Positions 15,207-24,180 of a stretch of 38,013 bases of DNA are shown here, in pieces. Below the pieces are notes generated by a model, which saw only the letters and a program-made list of their open reading frames with translations, had not been told where the DNA came from and did not search any database. Source of the stretch: a virus; the IMG/VR virus record IMGVR_UViG_3300015202_000002, positions 1 through 38,013 of that record, one strand, 5' to 3'. Position 1 is the stretch's first letter, and each line of letters opens with the position of its first letter. The position numbers and the translations under genes are program-made.

Positions 15207-17200
15207 TGAGAAAAGTAACCGATAAAGATTTATTAGCTCAACTTAATGGTTCTGGAAATGAAGATCTCAAAAGCCCATTAGGAAAAGTAAAGCCATTACC
15301 AAAACCATCAGGCGCATTAGAAACTTTTGGGAAATCAGCATTCAGAGCAGCACCCGAAGCAATCGGTAATCTAATGATGAAGTTTGGATTAACCAATCCA
15401 GAGATTATGGAAGAAGCGCTTAATGGCAAGCGTAATGGTAAAATATTACATGATGATGCCTATGAGCAAGGAAAAATGCAACATCCAATTGCTAATATTT
15501 TAGGCGAAATGGCAGGTTTTGGACCAGTCGGCATAGGCACATCTGCTGGTTTACGAGCAATTCCTGGTGTAAGTCGGGCAATAAAAGCGGCTTCTTCATC
15601 ATTGTTAAAGCGCACGGCTGTTCATGGCGCGGAAGGTGCGACAATTGGCGGTCTATATTCTCCTGAAGGACAAGAAGGTGAGGGGATGCTGCTGGGAGGA
15701 TTATTGGGTGGTGGTTTAGGGGGCATAGGAAAATCAGCAGTTCAAGCAATTCCACGTTTACGTCAGAGCGGTAAAAACATTGCCAACATTGAAGAATTAT
15801 CTGCTCAACGTAACAACGCGCATGGTTCCAATGAACAACAACAAGCACTGATTGAGGCTATAAAACGTCAAAATCAAGAGCAAGGTGCAGGAATGACTTC
15901 GCCTGAGGCTATGACACGTCAGATAAACGCCAAACAAGGACAAATGAATGAGCTTGAACCACAGGCTAATATTCCTCATGAAAACACAGAAAATTTATTG
16001 AATTGGCCAGAAGGTCAAGACCTTATTCCTAATGCTATGAAGCAAAAAGATATGGGCATAAAAGAAATGGAACATTATCTTGGTAAACATTCTCCAAAGA
16101 CTTTGGATGTGGAAGCAGCAGAAGAAATAAAAGGTTCTATCAAGGCCATGAAACAGCATATCCAAAAAAACTATTATGAACCCGTTGAAGAATATACAAC
16201 TAAGAATTATGTTCAATTACCACGTACTGCGGATATTAAAAGTATCGAAGAACAACTTTCTAAAATTAGTTCAGATCCAGAGTTTAAAAAATCGTATGGT
16301 TTTGAAAGACTCAAACAGGAAATGCTTAAACAAAGTCACGGGCATGATTTAGTTCCTGCCAATGATTTTGTTAAACAATGGAAAGAAACAAAACAAGCTG
16401 CTGCAAAAGCAAGAAGAAAAGGCTATCAAGAAGGCGGGGAAGACCAAGCTTATTGGCAAGACCAAGCAGCTAATCTAAAAGGAATAGCTGATAAACAGTT
16501 AGAAGTTTTAGAGAATCATCTTCCAAAGGAGTATTTTAATAAACTTATCCAAGCCGACAGATTATGGAAAGAAGATGTTGCTCCTTTTTATGGCAATAAA
16601 ATATATGAACAAGTAAAAAAACTTGGCAGAATAGATGTACCTAATATTATGAAAGAATTGCGCGGCACTGGTATGGGTCAAGAGAAAATGAAACAATTGT
16701 TTCTTGCAAATCCAAAACTAACTCGAATTGCTGTGGGTCATTCTTATGCGAAGGCTCCAGAAAAGTTGTTAAATGCTATGCCTCATGAACATGAATTTAT
16801 TAATAAATTGCCCTCTCTTCAAGGCATGATGTCTCGTCTTCATGGACATAATAGAAATATAGAAATAGCAAAAGCCCAGCATCAACATTTACAGGCGAAT
16901 CGTTCCAGAGTAGAAGAAGGTCACAAAGAATTAGTTGAAAAGCAAATTCAAAGACAAAAAGCAGTTCATGAAACTGAAAAACTTAAAAAAGAAATTAGTT
17001 CATTGACCAAAAAAAGACGAGAATTAAGAGATGAACTAGAAAAAGGCGAAATTAACAAAAAAGAATTTGAACGCTTGGATAAGGCTCATACAGAAGCATT
17101 AAAAGCAAAAAATTCGTTATACAATAAATTACTTAAGGTAGGAAAAGTAGGGGCGGTAGCATTTGGAACGGGCGAACTTATTAAAAACCTGTTACGATAA
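15206..17200 (+). CDS. Ejection/internal virion protein 3 (Gly-zipper segments, Lys/Glu coiled coil)
   Basis: 664 aa, TAATG coupling to the previous gene. GGLLGGGLGGIG glycine-zipper segment, long charged helical C-terminus. Confidence 0.6.
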   Translation: MRKVTDKDLLAQLNGSGNEDLKSPLGKVKPLPKPSGALETFGKSAFRAAPEAIGNLMMKFGLTNPEIMEEALNGKRNGKILHDDAYEQGKMQHPIANILGEMAGFGPVGIGTSAGLRAIPGVSRAIKAASSSLLKRTAVHGAEGATIGGLYSPEGQEGEGMLLGGLLGGGLGGIGKSAVQAIPRLRQSGKNIANIEELSAQRNNAHGSNEQQQALIEAIKRQNQEQGAGMTSPEAMTRQINAKQGQMNELEPQANIPHENTENLLNWPEGQDLIPNAMKQKDMGIKEMEHYLGKHSPKTLDVEAAEEIKGSIKAMKQHIQKNYYEPVEEYTTKNYVQLPRTADIKSIEEQLSKISSDPEFKKSYGFERLKQEMLKQSHGHDLVPANDFVKQWKETKQAAAKARRKGYQEGGEDQAYWQDQAANLKGIADKQLEVLENHLPKEYFNKLIQADRLWKEDVAPFYGNKIYEQVKKLGRIDVPNIMKELRGTGMGQEKMKQLFLANPKLTRIAVGHSYAKAPEKLLNAMPHEHEFINKLPSLQGMMSRLHGHNRNIEIAKAQHQHLQANRSRVEEGHKELVEKQIQRQKAVHETEKLKKEISSLTKKRRELRDELEKGEINKKEFERLDKAHTEALKAKNSLYNKLLKVGKVGAVAFGTGELIKNLLR

Positions 17201-17339
17201 ATGTATTTATTTTTCTCAAATGAGTTATTATTACCCATTTCATAGGGGAATAAAGATGTATTTACCTACGGCTTATGTGATTTTTGTATTAATATTGTTG
17301 GTATTAGATTTGTAAAATAAATAATTCAAAGGATTGATT

Positions 17340-19202
17340 ATGCCAATTAACGTGGATTTGTTAATAGCCGCACCGATGCTTCAAGATTATCTTGTCGACA
17401 AAGACGGCACGCCAATGGCTGGCGGAACAATCACTTGCTACCAAGACAACAGCCGTACTACGCTCAAAAACTGGTATTATCAATCGGGTACACCTGGTAA
17501 TTACACATACATACGATTACCAAATCCTTTGACATTAAGTGCTGCTGGAACTATTTGCGATCTTAATGGTGTAGATACTATCCCTTTCTTTTATCCTTAT
17601 AGTGAATTGGATCAATCTGTTTTTCAGCCTTATTACATAACGATTGTCAATCATGCGATGACCAATCAAATAACAAGAGCTAACTTTCCATTTGTTCCTA
17701 ATGGTGGAACGAATCCGAGTACTAACTCTTCATTTGATAATATCATTGTAAATAATGAATTCTGGAGAAATATAGGCTCCATGAATTTAACAAATGTGAC
17801 TGATACTACAGTTTGTCCTAGTCAACATGATGGATTTAGTGGTCCAGATATTACATTCTCAAAAAATGTTACGGGCGGCCAAGATACCGTAACTTTTACA
17901 AAATTTCCTTTAACCAAAGACCCTATATTAACCGGAGATATTACTCCTGAATATTATTTGAATCATACTTGTAGTAACACTCCTACAGGGGAAAATAGAA
18001 AAAACTATTTATTTCCAATCTCATTACACGTAAATACATTAGCCAGTGTTCCATTTACAGTAACGATTCAAGGTCAAAATACAGGTGGAACAGGTGCTGG
18101 CCAAAATACCATTAATCTATTCATTTTCCAAAATACAGGAACCGGCACAACACCGCCCCTTCCTTTTTTAATTGGGTCGATTAGTTTATCCAGCGCATGG
18201 ACAAAATATGATTTCACGTCTGTATTCCCTGCAACTGCTGGACTAACTCTTGGTACTGGACAAGATGATGCGTTGTATTTAGTGGTTCAAATGCCATTAA
18301 ATGTGAACTGCTCAATCAATTTTTGTAAGCCATCGATTTATCTAAGTACTACTGTTCCTACAAACAATTTCCAAAGTTATGATGAAATTGATTCAATCAT
18401 TAATAGTCCTAGAACAGGTGATATAAGAACCAGTTTGAACGCATTTATACCGTGGGGATGGGTTCCATTAAATGGCGGAACGATTGGATATAATCCAGGC
18501 TCACCAACTTATGCGCCGACTACCAGAAACAATCAAGATACTTGGCAGCTTTATAATTTGATTTGGAGTTTATTCAAACCATTTAATTCAGGTTCTACTA
18601 ATATTCTAGCTCAAATGTATTTGCCATCCTCTGCGGCAACTGCCTATGGAGCTACAGCCTATGCGGACTTTACAGCAGGAAATCCTATAGCCCTAACTCA
18701 AGCAATGGGAAAAGTTATTTTAGGTGGTGCTCCACCATCAGTATTAATATCCAATTATTTATCTACATTTACTGGTGCGGCTACCACAATCACACCTACC
18801 TTTACCATGAATTTATTCAATGGAATGCCCATATATTTTACAGGAACAGCTACATTAACTGCGAATCTTATTTATTATGTAGGCAACTTTAATGGAACAA
18901 CATTCCAAGTATTTACTACATTTAATAATGCTATTACACAAACATCTCCAAAAACTGTTGATGCTACTGGTACAATAATTTCATGCTTTAATGGTTCATT
19001 TGAAGGTGAATATCAACATACTCAACTATTGGTTGAACTTGCGGCTCATAACCATACTGTAATTGGTGCTGCAGCCAGTGCGGTTGCGGGTGCGGGCGCA
19101 ACTGCGTTAGGTGGAACAACTACAACCAGTACAACAGGTTCAAGTAGACCATTTAACGTGACTCAGCCTGGAGTATTTTATAATATGTATATGAAACTGT
19201 AG
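17340..19202 (+). CDS. Tail fibre with phage tail-collar-type C-terminal region
   Basis: 620 aa from ATG 17340 (AAAGGA SD). GDIRTS...IPWGWVPLNGGTIG and ...ELAAHNHT fit the tail-collar domain pattern. Confidence 0.75.
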   Translation: MPINVDLLIAAPMLQDYLVDKDGTPMAGGTITCYQDNSRTTLKNWYYQSGTPGNYTYIRLPNPLTLSAAGTICDLNGVDTIPFFYPYSELDQSVFQPYYITIVNHAMTNQITRANFPFVPNGGTNPSTNSSFDNIIVNNEFWRNIGSMNLTNVTDTTVCPSQHDGFSGPDITFSKNVTGGQDTVTFTKFPLTKDPILTGDITPEYYLNHTCSNTPTGENRKNYLFPISLHVNTLASVPFTVTIQGQNTGGTGAGQNTINLFIFQNTGTGTTPPLPFLIGSISLSSAWTKYDFTSVFPATAGLTLGTGQDDALYLVVQMPLNVNCSINFCKPSIYLSTTVPTNNFQSYDEIDSIINSPRTGDIRTSLNAFIPWGWVPLNGGTIGYNPGSPTYAPTTRNNQDTWQLYNLIWSLFKPFNSGSTNILAQMYLPSSAATAYGATAYADFTAGNPIALTQAMGKVILGGAPPSVLISNYLSTFTGAATTITPTFTMNLFNGMPIYFTGTATLTANLIYYVGNFNGTTFQVFTTFNNAITQTSPKTVDATGTIISCFNGSFEGEYQHTQLLVELAAHNHTVIGAAASAVAGAGATALGGTTTTSTTGSSRPFNVTQPGVFYNMYMKL

Positions 19203-19278
19203 TATTATAGGTCGATACGATGTACATGAAGTAATATTGTGTCGAAAATTATGCGATTTTTAAACATGAGGACATGGA

Positions 19279-19629
19279 ATGTCTACACTATTAAGCTTTG
19301 GCAGGGATGTTCAAGGGTATAATGCCTACGCCCCACAACCATCTACGAATAAATGGTCGGCAACTATTACTACTGGAAGTGCTACCAGTATCACAGTTCC
19401 ATCTAATTTTCAAACATGGGTAGTATCATTTAGATACTATCCTAATGATGTTTGGGTTGATGTTACTGGAGCGACAGCCGCAATCCCAGTTGGAGCCACA
19501 TTAGCTTCCTCTACAGCCGAATTAAATCCTGCGTCACTCACCTTGCAAGCAGGAACTAATATTAGCATGATTACGGGTCTTACATCAGCAGATGTGAGTG
19601 TCGTTATGTGGCCTGTGAGTTATCCATAA
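19279..19629 (+). CDS. Small beta-rich virion-associated protein (116 aa)
   Basis: Track ORF within the fibre block. Confidence 0.6.
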   Translation: MSTLLSFGRDVQGYNAYAPQPSTNKWSATITTGSATSITVPSNFQTWVVSFRYYPNDVWVDVTGATAAIPVGATLASSTAELNPASLTLQAGTNISMITGLTSADVSVVMWPVSYP

Positions 19630-19808
19630 TGCCAGCATTAGAACATGAATTTATGTTTGACCCAAACTATGCTCTGGGAACAGAAAGCGTATTTACACTG
19701 GTTGACCATGAAGAAATCGCGCCATTTCCACCCATTGTAGGATACTTTTTGTTATTGAATGGCGGTAATTTTTTGCTCCTTAATGGGCAAAATCTAACTC
19801 TATTATAG
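19629..19808 (+). CDS. Small protein (59 aa) ending in FLLLNGGNFLLLNGQNLTLL repeats
   Basis: ATG 19629 overlaps the previous stop (TAATG). Lies inside track ORF 19608-19808. Confidence 0.55.
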   Translation: MPALEHEFMFDPNYALGTESVFTLVDHEEIAPFPPIVGYFLLLNGGNFLLLNGQNLTLL

Positions 19809-19817
19809 GGATATACG

Positions 19818-20486
19818 ATGTCAGAGAATATTAATCAGGTCTTTATAGCTAACCCTATAACATCCAACGCATCAACTGACTTAATGTATTTTGGTCAATC
19901 ACCATATGGTGCTGGAAATGATGCCGCCATGACTTATGGTAATTTTAAGTTACAGTTTCTTGCTTCCAACCCAACAAATCACGGTGTATTAATTGGTGCC
20001 GGAACTAATGTGGCTACATCCACTATATTAGCTGCTGGACAAGTCTTAATAGGAACCACTGCTAGCAATCCAGTCGCCGCCGCATTAACAGCGGGCACAA
20101 ATATTAGCATCACTTCTGCCACAGGATCCATAACAATTAATGCTAGCGGAATTGCATCGTTCGCGTGGAATGATGTAGCAAGTGGCACCCAAGCAATGGC
20201 AGTGAATCAAGGTTATATTACTGATAATGGCGCATCATTGGTCACTTATACGCTGCCCGCTGTAGCTGCTTTAGGTACTGTTGTTAGAGTGTGCGGTAAA
20301 AGTAGTGGTGGTTGGACAATTGTTCAAAATGCTGGACAGTCTATTATTATAGGAAGCAAGCAAACCACGGTGACAAGTGGAAGCTTATCAAGTGCTAATG
20401 CTAATGACACGGTGGAGCTGCTTTGTACGGTAGCAAATACCACCTTTACCGTATTAAGTACGGTAGGTAACTTAACTTACGTATAA
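19818..20486 (+). CDS. Fibre paralog A (222 aa)
   Basis: Shares a C-terminal domain of about 95 aa (N-GY-TDNGASLVTYTLP...GKSSGGW...QNAGQSI...ANTT) with the next two genes. Confidence 0.75.
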   Translation: MSENINQVFIANPITSNASTDLMYFGQSPYGAGNDAAMTYGNFKLQFLASNPTNHGVLIGAGTNVATSTILAAGQVLIGTTASNPVAAALTAGTNISITSATGSITINASGIASFAWNDVASGTQAMAVNQGYITDNGASLVTYTLPAVAALGTVVRVCGKSSGGWTIVQNAGQSIIIGSKQTTVTSGSLSSANANDTVELLCTVANTTFTVLSTVGNLTYV

Positions 20487-20497
20487 GGATATAGGTA

Positions 20498-21133
20498 ATG
20501 GCCATTGAGGAAAGATTTACAGATTTACCCACCGTATCGTCATCAACGATGTCTGATATTATTTGTGCAGTACAAGGTTATGTTAGCCCGTCAAACTTAG
20601 GGCTATCAACCCAGCAAACATTGCAATCTGTTTATAATTTGTTCCAAGCCAGTGTGATATTAACCAATGCTGGTAATCCCAATGGTGTAGTTGCTGGTAA
20701 TGTATATCAATTATGCTGGGATTCTCTTGAAGATATATTATGGGTCTGTACTACTTCTGGAACTGCGACCACTGCTGTTTGGCAACAATGTATTAGCCAA
20801 AAAAGTAGTTGGGTTGGCGTACAATCCACTCCAGTAAATTTATTGGTCAATAGAAATTATGTAACCGATAATGGAGCGACTCTTGTTACTTTCACATTAC
20901 CACCAGTAGCAGAATTTGGAGCTACCATTGAAATATCCGGCAAGTCATCTGGTGGATGGTTGCTTGCTCAAAATGCTGGGCAGTCTATCAATTTTGGTAA
21001 CATATCTACTACTGTTGGAGTAGGAGGAAGTCTGGCATCAACCAATCAATACGACTTTGTTAAAGTGGTATGTGTTGTTGCTAATACTACCTGGAATGTA
21101 ATTGGATCAATGGGAATGATAACCATCGTATAA
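20498..21133 (+). CDS. Fibre paralog B (211 aa)
   Basis: Same C-terminal domain. The junction CGTATAAGGATATA is identical to the next junction. Confidence 0.75.
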   Translation: MAIEERFTDLPTVSSSTMSDIICAVQGYVSPSNLGLSTQQTLQSVYNLFQASVILTNAGNPNGVVAGNVYQLCWDSLEDILWVCTTSGTATTAVWQQCISQKSSWVGVQSTPVNLLVNRNYVTDNGATLVTFTLPPVAEFGATIEISGKSSGGWLLAQNAGQSINFGNISTTVGVGGSLASTNQYDFVKVVCVVANTTWNVIGSMGMITIV

Positions 21134-21145
21134 GGATATACTGAA

Positions 21146-21637
21146 ATGGCTACAAATAATGCTACTAATACTCCACAATTGACCGTAAATGGTCAAACAT
21201 TTATCGGTTCAGCAGGGAATAATCCCGTTGCAGCGACAATTACTGCTGGAACTGGTATATCCGTTACCAATGGCGCAGGTTCGATTACCATTTCTTCTTC
21301 TGGAAGTGCTGGATGGGTTGACCAAACCACAGCTTCGGTAACAATGGCTGTTAATACTGGCTATACCTCAGATGATGGTGCTTCACTTGTTACCTTCACG
21401 CTTCCTGCCACAGCTTCCATAGGTGATTTTGTAGAAATCAATGGCAAAGGATCAGGTCTATTTACAATTGCTCAAGCATCAGGACAAATAATCCATTTTG
21501 GCAATTTGGCAAGTACAAGTGGGGCTGGTGGATCTGTATCATCTACATTGCAATTTGATTGTATCAGGCTTCGTTGTATTACGGCTAACACCACATGGTC
21601 AGTGGTATCTTCTGTAGGTAATTTTACAGTAGTTTAA
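21146..21637 (+). CDS. Fibre paralog C (163 aa)
   Basis: Same C-terminal domain. Its N-terminus MATNN is shared with the next gene. Confidence 0.75.
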   Translation: MATNNATNTPQLTVNGQTFIGSAGNNPVAATITAGTGISVTNGAGSITISSSGSAGWVDQTTASVTMAVNTGYTSDDGASLVTFTLPATASIGDFVEINGKGSGLFTIAQASGQIIHFGNLASTSGAGGSVSSTLQFDCIRLRCITANTTWSVVSSVGNFTVV

Positions 21638-21655
21638 ACTTAAGGGATTAAAAAC

Positions 21656-22891
21656 ATGGCTACTAATAATTCAGTAAATGCAAACTCAACCACTCCATTA
21701 CCAATCGTTGACGGTGGAACAGGGGTTACAGTTGTAACCACCAATCCTGTAGCGTCTGCGTTTGTTGGCTGGGATGGTAATAAAAATATGGCGGCTAACA
21801 ATGTTATCTCGGCTTATACTACGACTGCTACGGCTGCTGGAACTACAACTTTAACCTCATCTAGCACCTATCAGCAGTTCTTTACAGGAAGTACCACTCA
21901 AACCGTATTATTACCTGTAACATCAACTTTAGTTTTAGGTCAGGCATTTCTTGTAGTTAACAATTCTTCTGGTGTGGTTACAGTTCAATCTTCTGGTTCT
22001 AATACAATCACTGCGATGGCTGCGAGTACAGTTGCATTATTTACCTGTATTTTAACGTCTGGAACAACTGCCGCTAGTTGGAATTCTGATTATTCATCAA
22101 ACGTAGCTGGTGTAACTTCCATTACAGGAACCGCCAATCAGGTTATAGCGTCAGCTGCTACAGGAGCTGTAACTTTAAGCACTCCTCAATCCATTGGTAC
22201 AGGAAGTTCTCCAACTTTTGCAGGACTTACATTAACTAACCCTTATATTGCTGGTGCTGGTGGCTTACATAGTTTTCAGATTTTCACATCAGGAAGTGCA
22301 GCTACTTATACACGACCCGCTAACGTCACCTCAATTCTAGTTGAAGTAATCGGTGGTGGTGGTGCTGGTGGTGGTAGTGTGGGGAATGCTACTGGAAATG
22401 CTGGTGGCGCTGGTGGTGGTGCTGGTGGTTATGCCAGATTATTTGTTGCTTCTGCGGCTTCTACCTATACCTACACGGTAGGTGCTGGCGGTACAGGTGT
22501 TTCAGGGGCGGGTGGTAATACTGGTGGAACAACTACATTTAGTGCTTCATCATTACAAGCTACAGGTGGTGTTGGTGGCTCACTAATGTCATCTATTGCG
22601 GCAGCAGCAGCAGGTCAATCTCTTCCAGGAGATGGTGGAGTAGGGTCTAACGGTGGATTTAATTCCAAAGGCGCACCTGGATTTTCAGGACTAGCTATTT
22701 TAGGATCAACTATTTCTGGAAATGGTGGCTCTAGTATTTATGGTGGTGGTGCAATAGGACAGACTTCTGCAGGTGCTGGTATCGCTGCCGGAAATTATGG
22801 CTCTGGTGGTTCTGGTGGTTTGTCTACAACGGTAAGTGCCGCAGGTGGTGCTGGTTCTGCCGGACTCATTATAGTTTGGGAATTTGCCTAA
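21656..22891 (+). CDS. Fibre paralog D with C-terminal glycine-rich domain (411 aa)
   Basis: Carries PIVDGGTG, an internal copy of the shared domain (TQTVLLPV...NNSSGVVTVQSSGSNTI...FTCIL...ASW), then long GGxGG repeats ending GLIIVWEF. Confidence 0.75.
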   Translation: MATNNSVNANSTTPLPIVDGGTGVTVVTTNPVASAFVGWDGNKNMAANNVISAYTTTATAAGTTTLTSSSTYQQFFTGSTTQTVLLPVTSTLVLGQAFLVVNNSSGVVTVQSSGSNTITAMAASTVALFTCILTSGTTAASWNSDYSSNVAGVTSITGTANQVIASAATGAVTLSTPQSIGTGSSPTFAGLTLTNPYIAGAGGLHSFQIFTSGSAATYTRPANVTSILVEVIGGGGAGGGSVGNATGNAGGAGGGAGGYARLFVASAASTYTYTVGAGGTGVSGAGGNTGGTTTFSASSLQATGGVGGSLMSSIAAAAAGQSLPGDGGVGSNGGFNSKGAPGFSGLAILGSTISGNGGSSIYGGGAIGQTSAGAGIAAGNYGSGGSGGLSTTVSAAGGAGSAGLIIVWEFA

Positions 22892-22892
22892 G

Positions 22893-23441
22893 ATGGATGA
22901 TACATTAACACCTCTAGGTCGATTCAATTATGCCGTCAATATTGTTCTAGGACATGAAGGCGGCTATTCCAATGATTCAGATGATCCAGGTGGTGAAACT
23001 AATTTTGGTATCACTGAGAAAGACCTACAAGAACATGCTAGGGAACTTAACTTACCCTTAGATGTCAAAGAATTAGGTCAAGTAGAGGCTGAATATTTCT
23101 ATAAAAAAGTATATTGGGATAAATACCATTATGATGCCATTAATTCATTGCCGATTGCCACAAAGATATTTGATATGTCAGTCAACATGGGTGCTCATGA
23201 AGCGCATGAGTTAGTTCAACGTGCTTTGGGATATTGTGGTTACAGTAATCTTGCTGTTGATGGCATTCTTGGCGGTCACACTCTAGCCGCTATTAATGAA
23301 ACCTGCTTACATGGTCGTGAATCTGATTTGATGGATGAAATTATTAATGAATCCAAATGGTTTTACGAACATCTTGTTGAAGAAAAGCCAGTTCTTAAGA
23401 AGTTCTTAAATGGATGGCTGGCAAGAGCTTCATGGTCATAG
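22893..23441 (+). CDS. Endolysin, glycoside hydrolase family 108 with C-terminal peptidoglycan-binding region
   Basis: GHEGGYSNDSDDPGGETNFGIT is the GH108 signature. ATG 22893 is 1 nt after the previous stop. Confidence 0.85.
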   Translation: MDDTLTPLGRFNYAVNIVLGHEGGYSNDSDDPGGETNFGITEKDLQEHARELNLPLDVKELGQVEAEYFYKKVYWDKYHYDAINSLPIATKIFDMSVNMGAHEAHELVQRALGYCGYSNLAVDGILGGHTLAAINETCLHGRESDLMDEIINESKWFYEHLVEEKPVLKKFLNGWLARASWS

Positions 23442-23776
23442 AATTGCCTTGGCCACCAAGTGTGAATCATTACTGGAGAAGGCAAGGAAACACCTATTTT
23501 GTGAGTTCAGAAGGGAAAGCATACAGAGATGAGCTTTATTACCGATGTGCTCAATATAGGGGTTTATTTGCGCCCGAACAGCGGCTTTCAGTAGCCATTG
23601 AAGCTTATCCACCTGATAAGCGAAGACGTGACTTAGATAACATATTAAAAAGCCTTCTTGATTCCCTTCAATATGCGGGTGTATATGCTGATGATAGCCA
23701 GATTGATTTTCTGGCCATCAAAAGGAATGCTTCACGAGAAAAGAAAATAATCGTTGAAGTGACCGAACTGAATTAA
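23432..23776 (+). CDS. rusA: RusA-family Holliday junction resolvase
   Basis: ELPWPPSVNHYW...RRRDLDNILKSLLDSL...ADDSQI fits RusA. The start at 23432 overlaps the endolysin stop; the alternative start is 23414. Confidence 0.8.
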   Translation: MVIELPWPPSVNHYWRRQGNTYFVSSEGKAYRDELYYRCAQYRGLFAPEQRLSVAIEAYPPDKRRRDLDNILKSLLDSLQYAGVYADDSQIDFLAIKRNASREKKIIVEVTELN

Positions 23777-24180
23777 AAAGGAATTTCAGAATCATCAAAA
23801 TCATTATAAGATGGTTTCTTTTTTTCTTGTGCGGGTTTTGATTCCGTGGTCTGTTTTTTACCACCTGGTAGAAATTTTATATCCTGAGCAGTCACTGAAT
23901 AGATGTATTGGCCAGCACGTTCACCCTGTTCAATCTTCTTGTTGTTAATCTCACCACGTACATAAATAATATCACCAACATGAACATATTTAGCGGCAAT
24001 TTCTGCAAGTTTACTAAAGCAGTTGATATTATGCCAAGTGGTACGAACCTGTTTTTCTCCGCTAGAGTCCTTATACTTCGTGGTGGTAGCAATAGAAATG
24101 ACGGTTATTTCACCGCCATTATTCAGAGTCTTGGTGTCCTTCTTTCCAACGTGTCCTACAAGAATGGCTTCATTAATCAT
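23773..24180 (-). CDS. ssb: Single-stranded DNA-binding protein
   Basis: OB-fold N-terminus (ILVGHVGK...) and acidic tail DFDDSEIPF. Confidence 0.9.
   Translation of the reverse strand: MINEAILVGHVGKKDTKTLNNGGEITVISIATTTKYKDSSGEKQVRTTWHNINCFSKLAEIAAKYVHVGDIIYVRGEINNKKIEQGERAGQYIYSVTAQDIKFLPGGKKQTTESKPAQEKKKPSYNDFDDSEIPF

Noticed and set aside
17201-17339. Tiny ORFs in the gap before the tail-collar fibre (13 aa from 17201; 19-aa hydrophobic MYLPTAYVIFVLILLVLDL from 17256 with a GGGGAATAAAG upstream)
   Set aside because: They are too short to support from sequence alone. I note the 19-aa peptide as possible, but do not call it a feature without expression or conservation data.
17340-19202. 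Diversity-generating retroelement targeting the tail-collar fibre (as in BPP-1-type phages)
   Set aside because: No reverse transcriptase ORF exists anywhere in the genome. There is no template/variable repeat pair matching the 3' end of the fibre gene, and no IMH-like GC-rich element after it.
23773-23776. Missing terminators at the two convergent gene junctions (23773-23776 and 33210-33213) as a designed transcriptional-interference device
   Set aside because: The stop-codon overlaps are real. However, in such a compact genome they are most simply explained by compaction, and I see no additional sequence feature supporting a regulatory role.
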